DNA of 64,000 bases, taken from Eledone cirrhosa (lineage: Eukaryota). The position numbers and the translations under genes are program-made. Location: positions 173,538,001-173,602,000 of the forward strand of contig OZ024741.1 of NCBI GenBank assembly GCA_964016885.1. The letters are read 5' to 3'. Under the pieces are notes generated by a model, which made no database searches, was not told where the DNA came from, and was given only the letters and a program-made list of their open reading frames with translations. This document shows, one piece after another, positions 12,805 to 25,154 of this stretch; positions within the stretch are counted from its first letter, which is position 1; the number at the start of each line of letters is the position of its first letter.

Positions 12805-13070
12805 AAGGAAAAAAGATGAAATCGAAAATGCAACGAGTCTTTTTAAGAATGTTTATTTGTTTCCTTTACCAGTTTCACTGTTCTTATGCTTTTCAAAAGT
12901 AGAATTGAGATGGAGGGTTTGTAGTTTTTCTCGCATCGATACGAGAAAAACCATAAACCCTCCATCTCAATTCTACTTTTGAAAAGCATAAGAACTGAAA
13001 CCGGTAAAGGAACCAAATGAATGTTCTTAAAAAGACTCCAGTTGCATTTTCGATTTCATCTTTTTTCCCT
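12805..13070. repeat. Long near-perfect inverted repeat (foldback) flanked by (TA)n
   Basis: Arms of about 130 bp around tcgcatcgatacga (~12938); the ORF track shows mirrored peptides on both strands. Confidence 0.9.
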
Positions 13071-13128
13071 ATACTTTCACTCATGTAGGACATCTCGTTT
13101 TTTTTTTTCACTTTGGAAAAAAAGCCTC

Positions 13129-13164
<36 letters not shown>

Positions 13165-13169
<5 letters not shown>

Positions 13170-13360
13170 TAGAACACTGGAAGGTAATATCCGTAGTGGT
13201 AGAGCACTCAGTCCATGGGACGAGTTAGGTAGAAGTGGTAACACAACAGTGGATCTTCAGCTCGTAATGGATCCATTACGAGCTGAAGATCCGCTAAGGT
13301 GAAACAATTGTTCTCAATATGGTGAACTAACTGCTGTGTTACCACTTCTCTTTCTATATA
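13165..13360. mobile_element. Penelope-like pLTR foldback remnant in (TA)n
   Basis: Palindrome centred on atggatccat (13267-13276); same sequence family as 36540-36682. Confidence 0.75.
13278..13317 (+). ncRNA. Minimal type I hammerhead ribozyme motif
   Basis: gag-CTGAAGA-tccgctaaggt-GAAACAATTGTT-ctc: CUGANGA and GAAA core, palindromic helix III (ACAATTGT), GUU triplet, short helix I gag/ctc. Confidence 0.65.
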
Positions 13361-13720
13361 TATATATATATTCCTGTAAGCTCTCACTTTAACTGGTGAT
13401 TAACAGATGAGCAAACTAATAATGAAAGGCTTTCTAGTTGTGGCCACTTGGTCTTCTTTTCAAGAAGAGAGTAAGGTGTAATTCAAGGGAGATTAGCTGT
13501 TATTTCCACCAGGTATAGGTGTCATCTTTGGCTTGTTATTAATAACTGAATCTTATTGATCTAAACAGAATTTAAATTAAAAACAAAAAAAAATAAAGCA
13601 TTAAATGTTAGCAGGAATTAAAATTGCATAGAATTATTTAATTTTGTTCTATGAAACAAAATCTCTTGTTTTAAAGTGTTTATATCTAAATACCAGCTTC
13701 ATACATAAATAAATGTAAAA

Positions 13721-13796
13721 GTTAGTTACTCTTACGTTAGTTAGCTTTAAAATTAATGGTTAGTTACTCTTACGTTAGTTAGCTTTAAAATTAATG
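13721..13796. repeat. Perfect 38-bp tandem duplication
   Basis: gttagttactcttacgttagttagctttaaaattaatg occurs twice. Confidence 0.9.
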
Positions 13797-13990
13797 GAAA
13801 CACATAGGCAGTGTATTTTTAAATATGATTTCATAAGGGTTAAAATAGAGAGGAAAAAACCTAGAATGTGAAACGTTGCTTCAGCTAACATGTAGGATGG
13901 AGTCATGTAAGTAACAAATACAAAGGGTATATACAAAATGTATGTTGAAGGATAAAATAAAATATAACTGTCATTGCAGAAGTTGATTAA

Positions 13991-14195
13991 CCCTTTAGTA
14001 TTTAAACCGGCCGTATTCAGCTAGAATTCTCTCACCTCTTTCTGTTCTAACCGGCCATAACCAGCTACTCATATTTATGTTAAGGTATTGTTCTCAAAAT
14101 AAATATCAAAATCTCATAGATTTGATATTATGTGAGATAAAGTGTTTACCATGAAAATACAATAGTATATATAGAGAAATGTAAATGCTAAAGGG
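13991..14195. mobile_element. piggyBac-type MITE (~200 bp)
   Basis: TTAA|CCCTTTAG...CTAAAGGG|TTAA; family copies at 41400-41595, 47275-47493, 59439-59783 and about 59856-60276. Confidence 0.85.
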
Positions 14196-16554
14196 TTAAT
14201 GCACATGTAAAAGAAACAAAAAGACTGCTTTTTTAAAAAATTAAACACAATGCAAGAAATGATGGTCAGTGGTAAACCAATTTGTTTTCATTTTAAATGG
14301 CTTGTTTCTAAAAGTGACATCCCAAATTATTGTTACTGTTTTATTTTGTTGATGATTATACATGTTTTTATAAAAATCAAATGCTCTGGATGTAATTTTT
14401 ATATGCTTTTTTACAACACACACTTTTCTTCCTTTTATTTTTTCCACTTAGAAGGGACAACTGTGTAGTTCTTAAAGTTCAGTGCAGAACAGACTGTGTT
14501 GAGTTCCATTTTAAATTGTTGAATATAAAACTAGAGTACAGCTTTTAGTTATACCACTATAGTATGGGTTATATATATATACATATTTAAATACATACAC
14601 AATCATCATCATTATCTGGATGAGTTATCACGGTCCGTGGCAATATACATTAGAGAAACTTCATATGTTCTGTGTTTGGCATGGTTTCTAGGGCTGGATG
14701 CTCTTCCTAACAGCAACCACCTTACAGTGTGTATTGGGTGTGCTTTATTATGGCACCAGCAATTTATATATATATTGGATAGTAGACATAATTTGATGCC
14801 CCTCGGTGCTCTCAGCAAAATCCACTCTGTTGCAAGCATTCAGGCCAGGTCTCCAGTTTGAGGAAACCTTTATTTGTCTCTCCTATCACTATTTGGAAGC
14901 CCCGAAAAACAATCGTAGCCATTACCCTTTCTTTCCTGACCATGACTAAACAGTAGAAATATATATTGTAGACATTTGGTGCATGGTAGTGAATAGAAAT
15001 AAAGTTTTAGAAGCTGTTTAGTGGTACTGATAAAAAGCCCATTCAACAGTAAAATGAGACTGGAACAATGATACACAGTTTTGCTAAAATTTTGTGCAGT
15101 TATCAATCTACATAAGTGTGAGAAGTATTAATTTTGTGCTCTGATCAAAACGTTTTATATATATATATATACTTCAGATGTTTCTATTATTTAGTGTCGC
15201 ATATAGTTTTTATATTAACTTAAAATTAAGGTAATTATTTGGTTCGCCAAGTATCGTGTATAGATTACGGTGGCTTGTCTTGAGGGCACAAGTGCCACCA
15301 TATGTGACAAAATCTAAATTCATATCTGTACAGTGGTTTGTCAGTTCTACCTTGTATCTCTACACGCAACAATTTTTGTATCCAGCTCCCTTAGCCTCCT
15401 CTAAAGACATGCTTTAAAATTATGTCTGGCATTACACTCAGTGCTTCGTGCTTTTTCTACTGCTAATCACTCAACCCTGAGGCAATAGTATTAGATAAAG
15501 TTCTCTTCGCCACCTTTCAACTAATAAGGCTGTTTCTCAGCTATGGTTGAGGATAGACACCTGATCACAGCTCCCTTTTTGAATCACTGGACATAATTAC
15601 AGGCAGTTTAGGCTTTATATTAATATCTAACATTTAAAAAAAAATAAGGTAAAAAATGTGTTTCTTTCTTAGTTCTTCAATTATTGTATTTTCCAGTATG
15701 GAAGATGCTATTTTTTTTACCAAAACAGGCCTGGAAAATTTGTCCTGTCTTGGATGTCAAAGGTTACCTATGTCATAGCAACTAAAAATAGGGTTGCATC
15801 TTTGATGCCAAGAAGTACAGTAATTTGATTTAATGGTTATGCTGATGAACTGCTGTCTACCTTGTTATATACTATTGTCTATAGTTTTTTTAATGTTTAA
15901 AAAAATGGACATTAACCAAAATCCCTTTTGTCCTATAAGCTTCAATCCTGGAAACCTCATATAACCAGAAATTCATTTCTTAAGTGAATGTCTTCCTTTG
16001 AAGGAGAAAGAAAGAATAATGAAGTTTCTTTTTGGTTAATTTTCTGTGTAAAAGAGAGTTTGCTTCATTTACAGTTGTAGGTTTCCACTATTGTCAATTT
16101 GGTCTTACAGTCAGCATTTTACACATTGATATTGTTAGACATCTTTACATAATCCTTTATATTAACCTCAAACAAACAAATACAGTTGTTATTCCTTGAA
16201 ATATGCATCAGTTTTATGATTTGGGTCATCAGCTGGTGGTCATGAAACTAAATCATGAGCTACTCTGAATAACCAATGAATTCTGTTGTCATTGCAATCT
16301 ACTATAAACACACACACACACACACTAGTGACTACTCTAATGGTATGTTAACATTTCAATAGAAGTATTTGATATATTATAATAGAATTGCCTTTATTTC
16401 TCTGAGGCTGAGTGGCATATGTTATTATTGAGTTACAATGAAGCCCTTTGATTATGGCTTATTTATGTGTATATCCCTTATATGTCTGCATAGTTAATAA
16501 ATATATTTCACTGCTTGTATTTCAGAATGAAATAAACTAAAATGACTTGAATTT

Positions 16555-16950
16555 TTTTTTTCTCCTTTTAGATGTTTTTATGTATTGCCCACGGATAGTT
16601 CAGTTTTGCTTGAGAAATTTGTAGGCCATTTTTTTCTCCTTTTTTAGGGGCTATGTTGTTTTGTGCAGCCCCCCCCCCCCCCCCCCCAGTTCATTTCAGC
16701 TTTGAGCAATTCTATGGCAGTTTTTTTCTCATTTTTTAGGGAGGATGTTTTTTGTAGTTGCACAGTTATATGGTTTTTCTCCTTTTTAGAGGGGATGTTG
16801 TTTCGGTAACCAGCTCAGTTCTATGGTAGTTTTTCCTCCTTTTTGAGGGATTGTTGTTTTTGTGTAGCCACCACCAGTTCAGTTATGCTTGAGCAGTTCT
16901 ATGGCAGCTTTTTCTCTTTTGGGAGAGGGGGATGTTATTTTTGTGTAGTC
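16555..16950. repeat. Degenerate minisatellite (~55-95-bp units)
   Basis: Recurring tttttctcctttttagaggggatgttgtttttgtgtag...cagttc...ttctatggcag units. Confidence 0.75.
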
Positions 16951-17486
16951 ATCTGAATCCCTGGCATCTCATCTGACATAATTTTACCAATCCACTACCT
17001 TGAACTAATACTTTATTTGATGAGTCCAAAAGGATAAAAGGCAAAGTCTAATCCAGCTACATTTGAACCTGACCTGAGTGCAGAGGAGCGAGATGCTTCT
17101 ATCCCTCAAACATTGTCAGTTTTCCCCCTTTATATACTTTTAGGGCAGAATCGGTAGAGCATCAAAATGTTTTGCAATATTTAGTTCAACTTCCTACGTT
17201 CTGAGTTCAAATCATGTTGAGGTCAAGTTTGCCTTTTTCCCCTTCTCCAAAATTGCTGGCCTTGTACCAATGTTATAGAATTATATAATGAATAGATGCC
17301 AGTAACCTATCTACAAACTGAAAAAACAGCTAAATCACTTGACCATATTTTAAAAAAAAATGGAATGTCACATTGGATAGAGTAGTCTTATCTACATTTT
17401 GCCTGAGAAAAGATGAAATGGTTGTGGTTGGAACCTCTAGGTATAAATAAAAATTTGCTTCTAATCTAAAACCACAATGTGGATGA

Positions 17487-17518
<32 letters not shown>

Positions 17519-17621
17519 GCAATCTTGCTTTGTTGTACTCTACATATATAGTATGAATAGACAGAATGCATTCATACTCAACAATGTTATCAGATGAAAT
17601 ATAAAATGCAGAATTGATATA

Positions 17622-17767
17622 CCATATTTCCCAGTGTTGACGCACCCTAATTTGAAAAAAAAAACAATAAACATAAAAAATGCAACCTTCAGCCTCCAGG
17701 ACGCATGGTTGATTTTCGAGACTAATTTTAGGAAAAAAAGTAGTGTCTTCGACTCCGGAAAATACGG
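17622..17767. mobile_element. Tc1/mariner-pogo type MITE
   Basis: TA|CCATATTTCCCAG ... CCGGAAAATACGG|TA; imperfect TIRs with a TA TSD. Confidence 0.65.
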
Positions 17768-18299
17768 TAATCTATCTCTTAAGTGCAAATTTCTATATGG
17801 CTTTGTAGTTTTGGTGGTTCTATTACAAATAGAAGCATTATAAATTACATGCTCCTGGAATAGAGGCTAGGAAGTAACCAAGAGTTTATAAAAAAAAGTT
17901 TTTATTCGAAAATTGGTACAGGTTCAAATCTCAAAGGTGGTGTTATGTGCTGTTTCAAGCATGCCTGTTTATTACTAGTTCAAATCACATCTTTGCTTAA
18001 TTTTTTTTTAATGGTGTGGGATCACCATTTTGTAGGGAATAAATCTCATCAAATTAAATAAACTGTTAGTCAAAATATGTCGGGCGAATTTGTATCATTT
18101 GCATGTCGAAACTAGTTTTCTCTTTTCATACATTTGTAAATATTGATAAATTACCCCCCCCCCCCCAATTACACTAACAGAACTACCCAGAGGATGGCAT
18201 GTTTAAATTTTTTTTTTATATTTGCACACAAGCACATTATACATATATATATATATATATGTTCTTTCTGACGCTAAACTCCGCCAGTTGCAGACTGTG

Positions 18300-19710
18300 C
18301 ATTAACATATATCTCCACAAAGTTCGATCACCAGCAGCAGAGTTCAAAGAGCAAAGTTCAAGTCCAGTCCATGAATTAACATTGTCAAGCCATCGTTTTG
18401 GCTGCCAACTTTCCTTCCAGGCATAACCTACTCACACCACGAGTTGATCTTTTTATATGGCCGTATAGTTTGAGTACTCTTGACTTGACAATTTATGTAA
18501 TTGGTCTAAGTATGATTATGTTGAGCAGCTCACTGATACAGATATGGTTGCTTGCCACCCATTAGTCTCATGCTGTGGTTCTGGAATGTAGAGAGCTTCT
18601 GAAGTGACCTTGTCATCCAATTAACAGTCAAGACCATATAACACAACTGGTAGGATGTAAGTATCAAAGATCTTAGCCTTCAAATAGTAGGAAATTTGTT
18701 TTGATCTTAGTTCTTGTTGAAAGCTGCCTAACCTAGAGCGATGCGATACTGCGCAGCAACCATTCCATTGTTGTTTGATGATAGTTTGTGACTGAAATAT
18801 ACAAACTCTGTAACTTGAGCACTTTGCTGGTTGGAGATTGGCATTGTTTTTATCAGTTGTCAAACATTTTGCTTTGGAGATGTTGATGTGTAAGCCAGCC
18901 TCCAGCAAATGTTTGGCCAGTACATTCAGAAAGTCTTGCAGATCAGTTCTAGAGTAACTCATGATGGCCAGATTGTCTGCATAGCTAAGATTTGATATCC
19001 AGAGGGGCATTCTTCTTCAGTTTGGTAAATAAGAGCAGCTACAACTACAGAAAAGAAGTGCTGCTTGTACATCCCCCTGCTTAACTCCCTTCAAGATGTC
19101 TATACAGCATGAAGTTCCCAAGTCTGTTTTGATATATGCTCTTAAGTTGGTGTAAGTTTCTTTCAGGTTGATGTATTTTTTGTTAATTGAGATCTTGTTT
19201 AAGAGTTGCCACAAGCTGGGTAGTTTCACATTGTCAAAAGCTTTCATGAAATCAATGAAGGTGATGTGCACAGGGTTGTTGAATTCTATTGATTTCTCAA
19301 TGATTTGTTCAGTAGCTAGGATCTGCTCATTGGTGCCTCTTCCACGTTGATACGCAGCTTGTGTTTCAGGAAATGAGGTGTAACGGTCTGACTTCACTTG
19401 TGCTGCGATGATACTCATGAAAAGCTTGTAAACATGACTCAGTAAGCTGATAGGACGATAGTTTCCACAATCAAGTCTGCTACCTTTTTTTGTAGAGTAC
19501 AACTATCAATGCTTCTTGAACATGTCTGGGCTTTTTCCTGTAGTGATAATACAGTTAAAGAGATGTTGAAGTGCTTTGATAATTGGTTCACCTCCAGCTT
19601 TGATGAATTCTGAGTATATGTTGTCCAGTCCAGGGCATTTTCCTTGCTTCAAATTTTTGATGGCATAAGATATCTCACTCCAAGATAGATAATGTATTGC
19701 TAGCACACAT
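18300..19710 (-). mobile_element. Decayed RTE-like LINE RT fragment (another family)
   Basis: Peptides GKCPGLDNI, CGNYRPISLLSHVYKLF, FIDFMKAFDNV, KGVKQGD, LSYADNL, YILPVVLYG across stops and frameshifts. Confidence 0.85.
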
Positions 19711-22154
19711 ACAATGATGTATGTAGGCTAGCATTACAATAATTGTACATCTTTTTTTATTCTGAATACTTCATTTAGAATTCATGGAACACAAATATAA
19801 GACACAAAAATATAACACAGGAGAGGATGTTCTCATACGTTCTGTCTGTCTATCTGTATTCTTATTTCTCTCTCTATCACTTCCTCTCGCTCTTTCTCTC
19901 ATATATGTCTATCCATCTCAATATATACAATGCACAAATAGAGCTTTGTTACACTTTGATGAAGAAACCAAATATTACTTACACCACCAGTAAAACTGGG
20001 TTTTACTGGCAAAAGTAAGTTAAAATAAAATGCCTGTAATTATTAATTAACTTAAAATTATACAATGAAATTCATTTTATATGAGATAGATTGAATATAA
20101 GACTTTTGAGAATATCATAGAACACAAAACAAATGATGAAATAGTAAAAACTCTCAACAATATTTTATTAAGGCACCATCGAAGAGAGAAAACTAATATT
20201 TTGAATAGAGAAGAGAAAACGAATAAAATACATTGAATGAATAGGAACAACGTAGGAAAGACTTGACGATCCATGGTATTCAAACTGGTGTGAGCAGACA
20301 ATACATTGATAATAATACAAGGGAGAAAACTCGCATTTGACGTTTGTAGTTTTAGAATGGAAAGAATCGCTTGACATTTTACGGGAAAAACCAACCGAGC
20401 AAGTTGGTTGGATAACATCCCTAGCTTGGCTGGCTACGCTTGGGGATCCAGCCGGATCAGTTGCTTCTGATAGGATCCGCTGGAGGAAGTGTTTGACGAC
20501 TCTTTCAGGAATAAGTAGGTGAACAAGTTTTAGAATGCTTATAAAACTTAGTCGCGGTCTTTCGTTTAAAGTAGACAGCAATTGCTATATACAATAAATG
20601 TCAACGAACGGTGCCAGATTGATCCGTATATGTAAATTCCGAATGATTTATTAGTAAAAGAAAAGGAAATATTGCAACAAGCATTGAACATCATTTTACC
20701 TCTTTTCCACGTAATTGCAGGAATTTTGTATAAGCAGAAATGTGGAAATATCCAAAACAGTGGAGAGGGTTGTGTGATGTTATGATTTGGTGTAGGTAAG
20801 TGTGGACTGTATAGTGGAAAATACAGACTTGGTAATTGTATAAGCGGGGTGAGAACAAGATGTGTCAAAAATTAAGTCTGTCAGCTTCCATAACTAAAAG
20901 TTGAAATAAATATTTAGGAGAATAGGACACACATTGTAGAGATACTCTAACGCGCAATCTCATCCACATCGTCTGAATATACTGTTAATCTTAGATTGCC
21001 AGCCAGCAAGCTAAGTTTAAAAAATGAAATAAAATGGATATTATTTTGTTTGTAATGAGAGAAATACAAGTGTTTAATCTGTCATGTAAATATTTGTGTA
21101 CCAAAGCGAAACAAAATGGAAAGAAGACATTTTAATAATTGTTTCTACTTTTGGCACAAGGCCAACAATTATCTCAGTGTATTACTGGTACTTTATTTTA
21201 TCGATCCCGTAACGATGAAAGGCAAAGTTGTTCATAAAACATTTGCAGCACAGTTTCCTCCAAATTAAAAAATGAGAAAAGATATATGGCAAATAAAAAA
21301 GAAAAAACCCATTAATTTCAATTTTGGAAAAGCAACTATTAGTCGTTTAATTTATGTATTTATTGAATAAATTAATATCTTTTTTTTTAATATGCTATTA
21401 TTATTGCATGTTTTCGGCTATCGCAAGTAAATAGTGAAATGATAACATTTTCTATAAGCTAGTGGAGACTCACTATTGGCAAGTTTTAAAAACCAAAACT
21501 GGACACTACCGCCCGTAACGCAAAGAAGAGGAAGATAGCCAAATAACAAATACGAGGACTTTATCAACCACTTTCTTTTCAGGCTGCCATCTGTCAAGAC
21601 CTCTAGTCCTCGATCTCCGAAGTACCGTTTTCCTCCACAAAAGTTTCAACACTAAATTTTTTTTGTTATCATATAATAAAGATATAAGATTAAATAGAAA
21701 TTCATACATATAATCAATTAATTAATCGATTAAACATAAACATATTATGTCAACTATATTTTACAAAAAGAAATCATACAATGATGGAAATATAAAAATG
21801 GGAGGAGTACATCCTGTCAGAGGAAGGGTCCCTTGAGGCAGGAAAGCTGATGCAGTGTGTCTCACTGACTGTTCTCGCCGCCATTATGTCCGCAAGACGT
21901 AGCTTAGTGTAGAGTCTGCTGCTCCCTTTCCCTAACTTTTGCTGTTTAACTTTTTCTTATATAGTGTACCCCCGCGTATTCGCGGTTTATTTTTCCTTAG
22001 GGCCTAACTAATAATTGTTCGTGGAAACCACTATATATTTGCGGAATCGTAAATATCTCAAGCGATTTTTTTAATGACTTTTTTCGTGGCAATATATATT
22101 TTTTTACGCATTTTAACGCTAAATTATTAATAACAATATACCGTATTTAATAAT

Positions 22155-22432
22155 AATTAAATTATTGTGTACAGTGCTCAGGTGCACTACAACTCATCAA
22201 AGGTGCATGTATAGTACATAGAATAATGTACAAATGTCAGGAAAATGAACAGTGTATGAGTCATGATATAATAACAATAACAATAATGAAATATTGTGTA
22301 CAGTGCCCAGGTGCACCACAACTCATCAAAAAAGTGCATGTACAGTACATAGAGCAATGCACAAACATCAGTAAAATGAACAGTGCACGAGTCATGATAC
22401 ACACATGTGTGCATGTGTATGAAAGGGGTACA
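22155..22432 (-). repeat. CR1 3' UTR with ~130-bp tandem duplication
   Basis: ttgtgtacagtgcYcaggtgcacYacaactcatcaaa at about 22164 and 22294. Confidence 0.7.
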
Positions 22433-25154
22433 TCAGGTGTAGTTTTGGCGTATTTCGGGAAGCATGAGTGTCTTAAAGGATGCAGTGTCTCGGCAGCTAA
22501 CAATTGACGCAGGCAGTTTGTTCCATGCTTCAGCAACTCTGAGCGTGAAAAAATGTCTGCGAAAGTGATGGGAGCTGTGCTGTTTTCTTATCTTGTAGGC
22601 ATGTCCACGTGTGATAGACACATGGAGATCAAAGAGGCGCTCAGGGTTGCAGTTGGCGAGATGGTTAAAAACTTTGTGGGTATTCACCAAGTCCATTGCC
22701 AGACGTCGGAGCTTCAATGAATCCATGCCCAGGGAAGCAAGGCGTTCAGAGTATGGTAGGTGTCTGATGGAGGGTATGCGCTTGGTTGCACGTCTCTGAA
22801 CAGTTTCCAGGAGGTCAATGTTCCGAGCAAGATAGGGGTTCCAGACTGATGATGCGAATTCCAAGTGTGGTCGCACCATAGCTGTATACAGTTTTAAATA
22901 GATGGCTGGAGAGCGGCTAACAAAGGTCATGCTGAGTGATGCCAAGACACCCTCGGCCTTCTTGACAATCTTAGAGACATGCTTTGTCCAACGCAAATCG
23001 TTGCTGACAGTAATGCCCAGGTCACGTTCACAAGAGGACTTTTTGATGTCAGTGTTGTGGAGGGAGTATGTGGACGCTGGATTTTTCCTTCCAAAATGCA
23101 TGGTGGTACACTTGTCCGCAGCCAGCTTCAGTTGCCAGTCTGTGATCCATTGCTGCATTGTGTCCGGGTCTGATTGTAGGAAAGAGTTGTAAATTTCAGG
23201 ATCAGTCCTTTTGATTACAAGGTACAGCTTGATGTCATCTGCATATTTTAGTACCGTGGCATTCTGTAAGTTGGCATCTATGTCATTAATATATGCCACA
23301 AACAAAAGAGGACCAAGAACAGATCCCTGTAGTACACCAGATGACATCTCATATGGTGAAGAATGCTGTCCTAGAACCGTGACTACTTCCTTTCGGCTGA
23401 GAATGAAGGATTTCAGCCAGTCGAAAAGATCATCCCTCACACCCATTGCAGAGAGTTTTGCCATAAGTCTTTTGTGTGGCACAGAATTAAAAGCCTTAGC
23501 AAAGTCAAGGTAAACAACATCCACCCATGAGCCGCTGTCAGTGATCCGGGTGATGTCCTCAAGGAACTCGATAAGCTGAACACAGCAGCTGGAGTTAGGG
23601 ATAAATCCAAACTGTGAGGGCCGGATGAGGCTGTGAGAGCTCCAGAAGTTCCAAAGTGTTTCTCTGACACAGGATTCCATCAGTTTGGCCATACAGCTAG
23701 TAAGACTGACTGGACGATAGTTGACAGGTGACATGCGGTTGCCCTTTTTGAACAGGGGAATGACACTGGCAGTTTTCCACTGCTCCGGAGTAGCACCATT
23801 GTTGAGACAGTATTGAAAGAAGAAAGAAAGCTGGCGCAAAAGGAAATCCCCGCCACATTTGAGAAGCAGGTATGTCACACCATCAAGACCAGGGGAGGCA
23901 TAATTGCGCTTATTCTTAAGGTGACGTCGCAACACTGCAGGTGTAAATTCCATAGTTGTTATGGAATTTGATGTTAGAGATGGTGGAGATGGTACATTCT
24001 GGTTTTCAACAGTAAAAATACTTGCATAGCACTCAGCAATGAGTTCTGCGCATTCCTTGGGATCGTCAGTGATCTGGCTTGTGTGGGGATTGCGAAGAGG
24101 ACCAACTGGAGAGTGAGGTCTCTGCTTTGAATGAACATATTTCCAGAACACCTTACTGTCAGGATTGGTTGCGATGCACTGTTCAAATTCAAGCACTGCC
24201 TTCTTTGTCACCTGCTTGAGATGGTTAGAAGATTTATTCCGCTTTTTTCTGTTGGCATCTGATCTATGCAGTTTATATTCCCGTTCAGCGTTCCGACGTT
24301 CTTTCCTGGCAAGTCGGACCGCTGAAGTTTCCCAGATTGCACTTTTGGGGTTGTTATTTTTCCGCTTCCGTGGCACTGATGCTGCACACGCTATCCATAT
24401 TGAGTCCAGGATGCTCTGGAGTATAGAGTTCACATCTCCAGAGTTATACATCTCATGCCAGTTTGGGCGCTGTAGCTCAGTGCAGTACAAGTTCCAATCC
24501 GCCCTCTTCCAATCAAAGCAAGCAGATTGGAGATGGCTCTGGTTTTTGTTGCTGCCCTCAAGTGCCAGATTGGCAATGATCATAGCATGATCAGAGTCGC
24601 CTAGAGGTTCCTCAGTAGTACAACTGATAACCACTTCAGGAGTAGTGGTGAAGATCAGGTCCAAAGTGTTGTCACCTCTTGTTGGAGAGGTGACTACTTG
24701 TGACCAGTTTGAGTCCAGCACTAGTTCAAGGAAATCGTTTGCATCCCGTGGCCAACGAAAGGTTTCCCAATCGATCTCAGGATGATTGAAGTCACCTGCA
24801 ATAAACACATAAGTGGCTGTTTTCTTGGCAGCAACTCTGATAAACAACACCAAGCAGAAGTGTTGACATGGTCATACGTATGTCACAGAAAAAAACTTCT
24901 TCCTGTGATTCGTTCAAATCAACGCAAGGAATTACCGAAAAGTTTGAACGAACGTAGACCATCACACCACCACCACGGCGGTTAATGCGGTCCTTGCGGA
25001 AAAGGTTGTACCCAGTAATGGTGAAAACCCCATCACAGAGTAAGGAATGTGCCCATGTTTCCGTGACTGTGATGAAGTCAGGGTCGATGCTTCTGACGTA
25101 GGATTCGAACAGATGTATCTTGTTGCATAAACTGCGAGCATTTAAGGACAACAA
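22433..25154 (-). mobile_element. CR1-clade LINE ORF2 (APE endonuclease + RT), one frameshift near 24850
   Basis: NARSLCNK...VTETW...RKDRINRRGGGV (APE), GDFNHPEIDW, SDHAMI, NYRPVSLTS, YLDFAKAFNSVPH, QGSVLGPLLF, YADDIKL, RPHLEFASSVWNP, TRGHAYKI, RVAEAWNKLP; one 806-aa uninterrupted frame. Confidence 0.95.

Noticed and set aside
9205-16550. SECIS element or tRNA-Sec gene associated with SBP2L
   Set aside because: No in-frame TGA in the visible CDS, no convincing AUGA/AAR/GA kink-turn stem found by eye, and no tRNA-Sec-like sequence seen; SECISearch would be needed to exclude it fully.
20168-20581. 137-aa minus-strand ORF over structured island C
   Set aside because: Non-ATG start and no recognisable homology; the GC content is better explained by structure or regulatory DNA.
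21860-21920. HDV-like ribozyme suggested by TTCTCGC
   Set aside because: The P3 and P1 pairings required around this loop cannot be formed.
21925-21945. CCCTAAC as a telomerase RNA template
   Set aside because: Only 7 nt, shorter than the usual ~1.5 repeats, with no evident pseudoknot or H/ACA domain.
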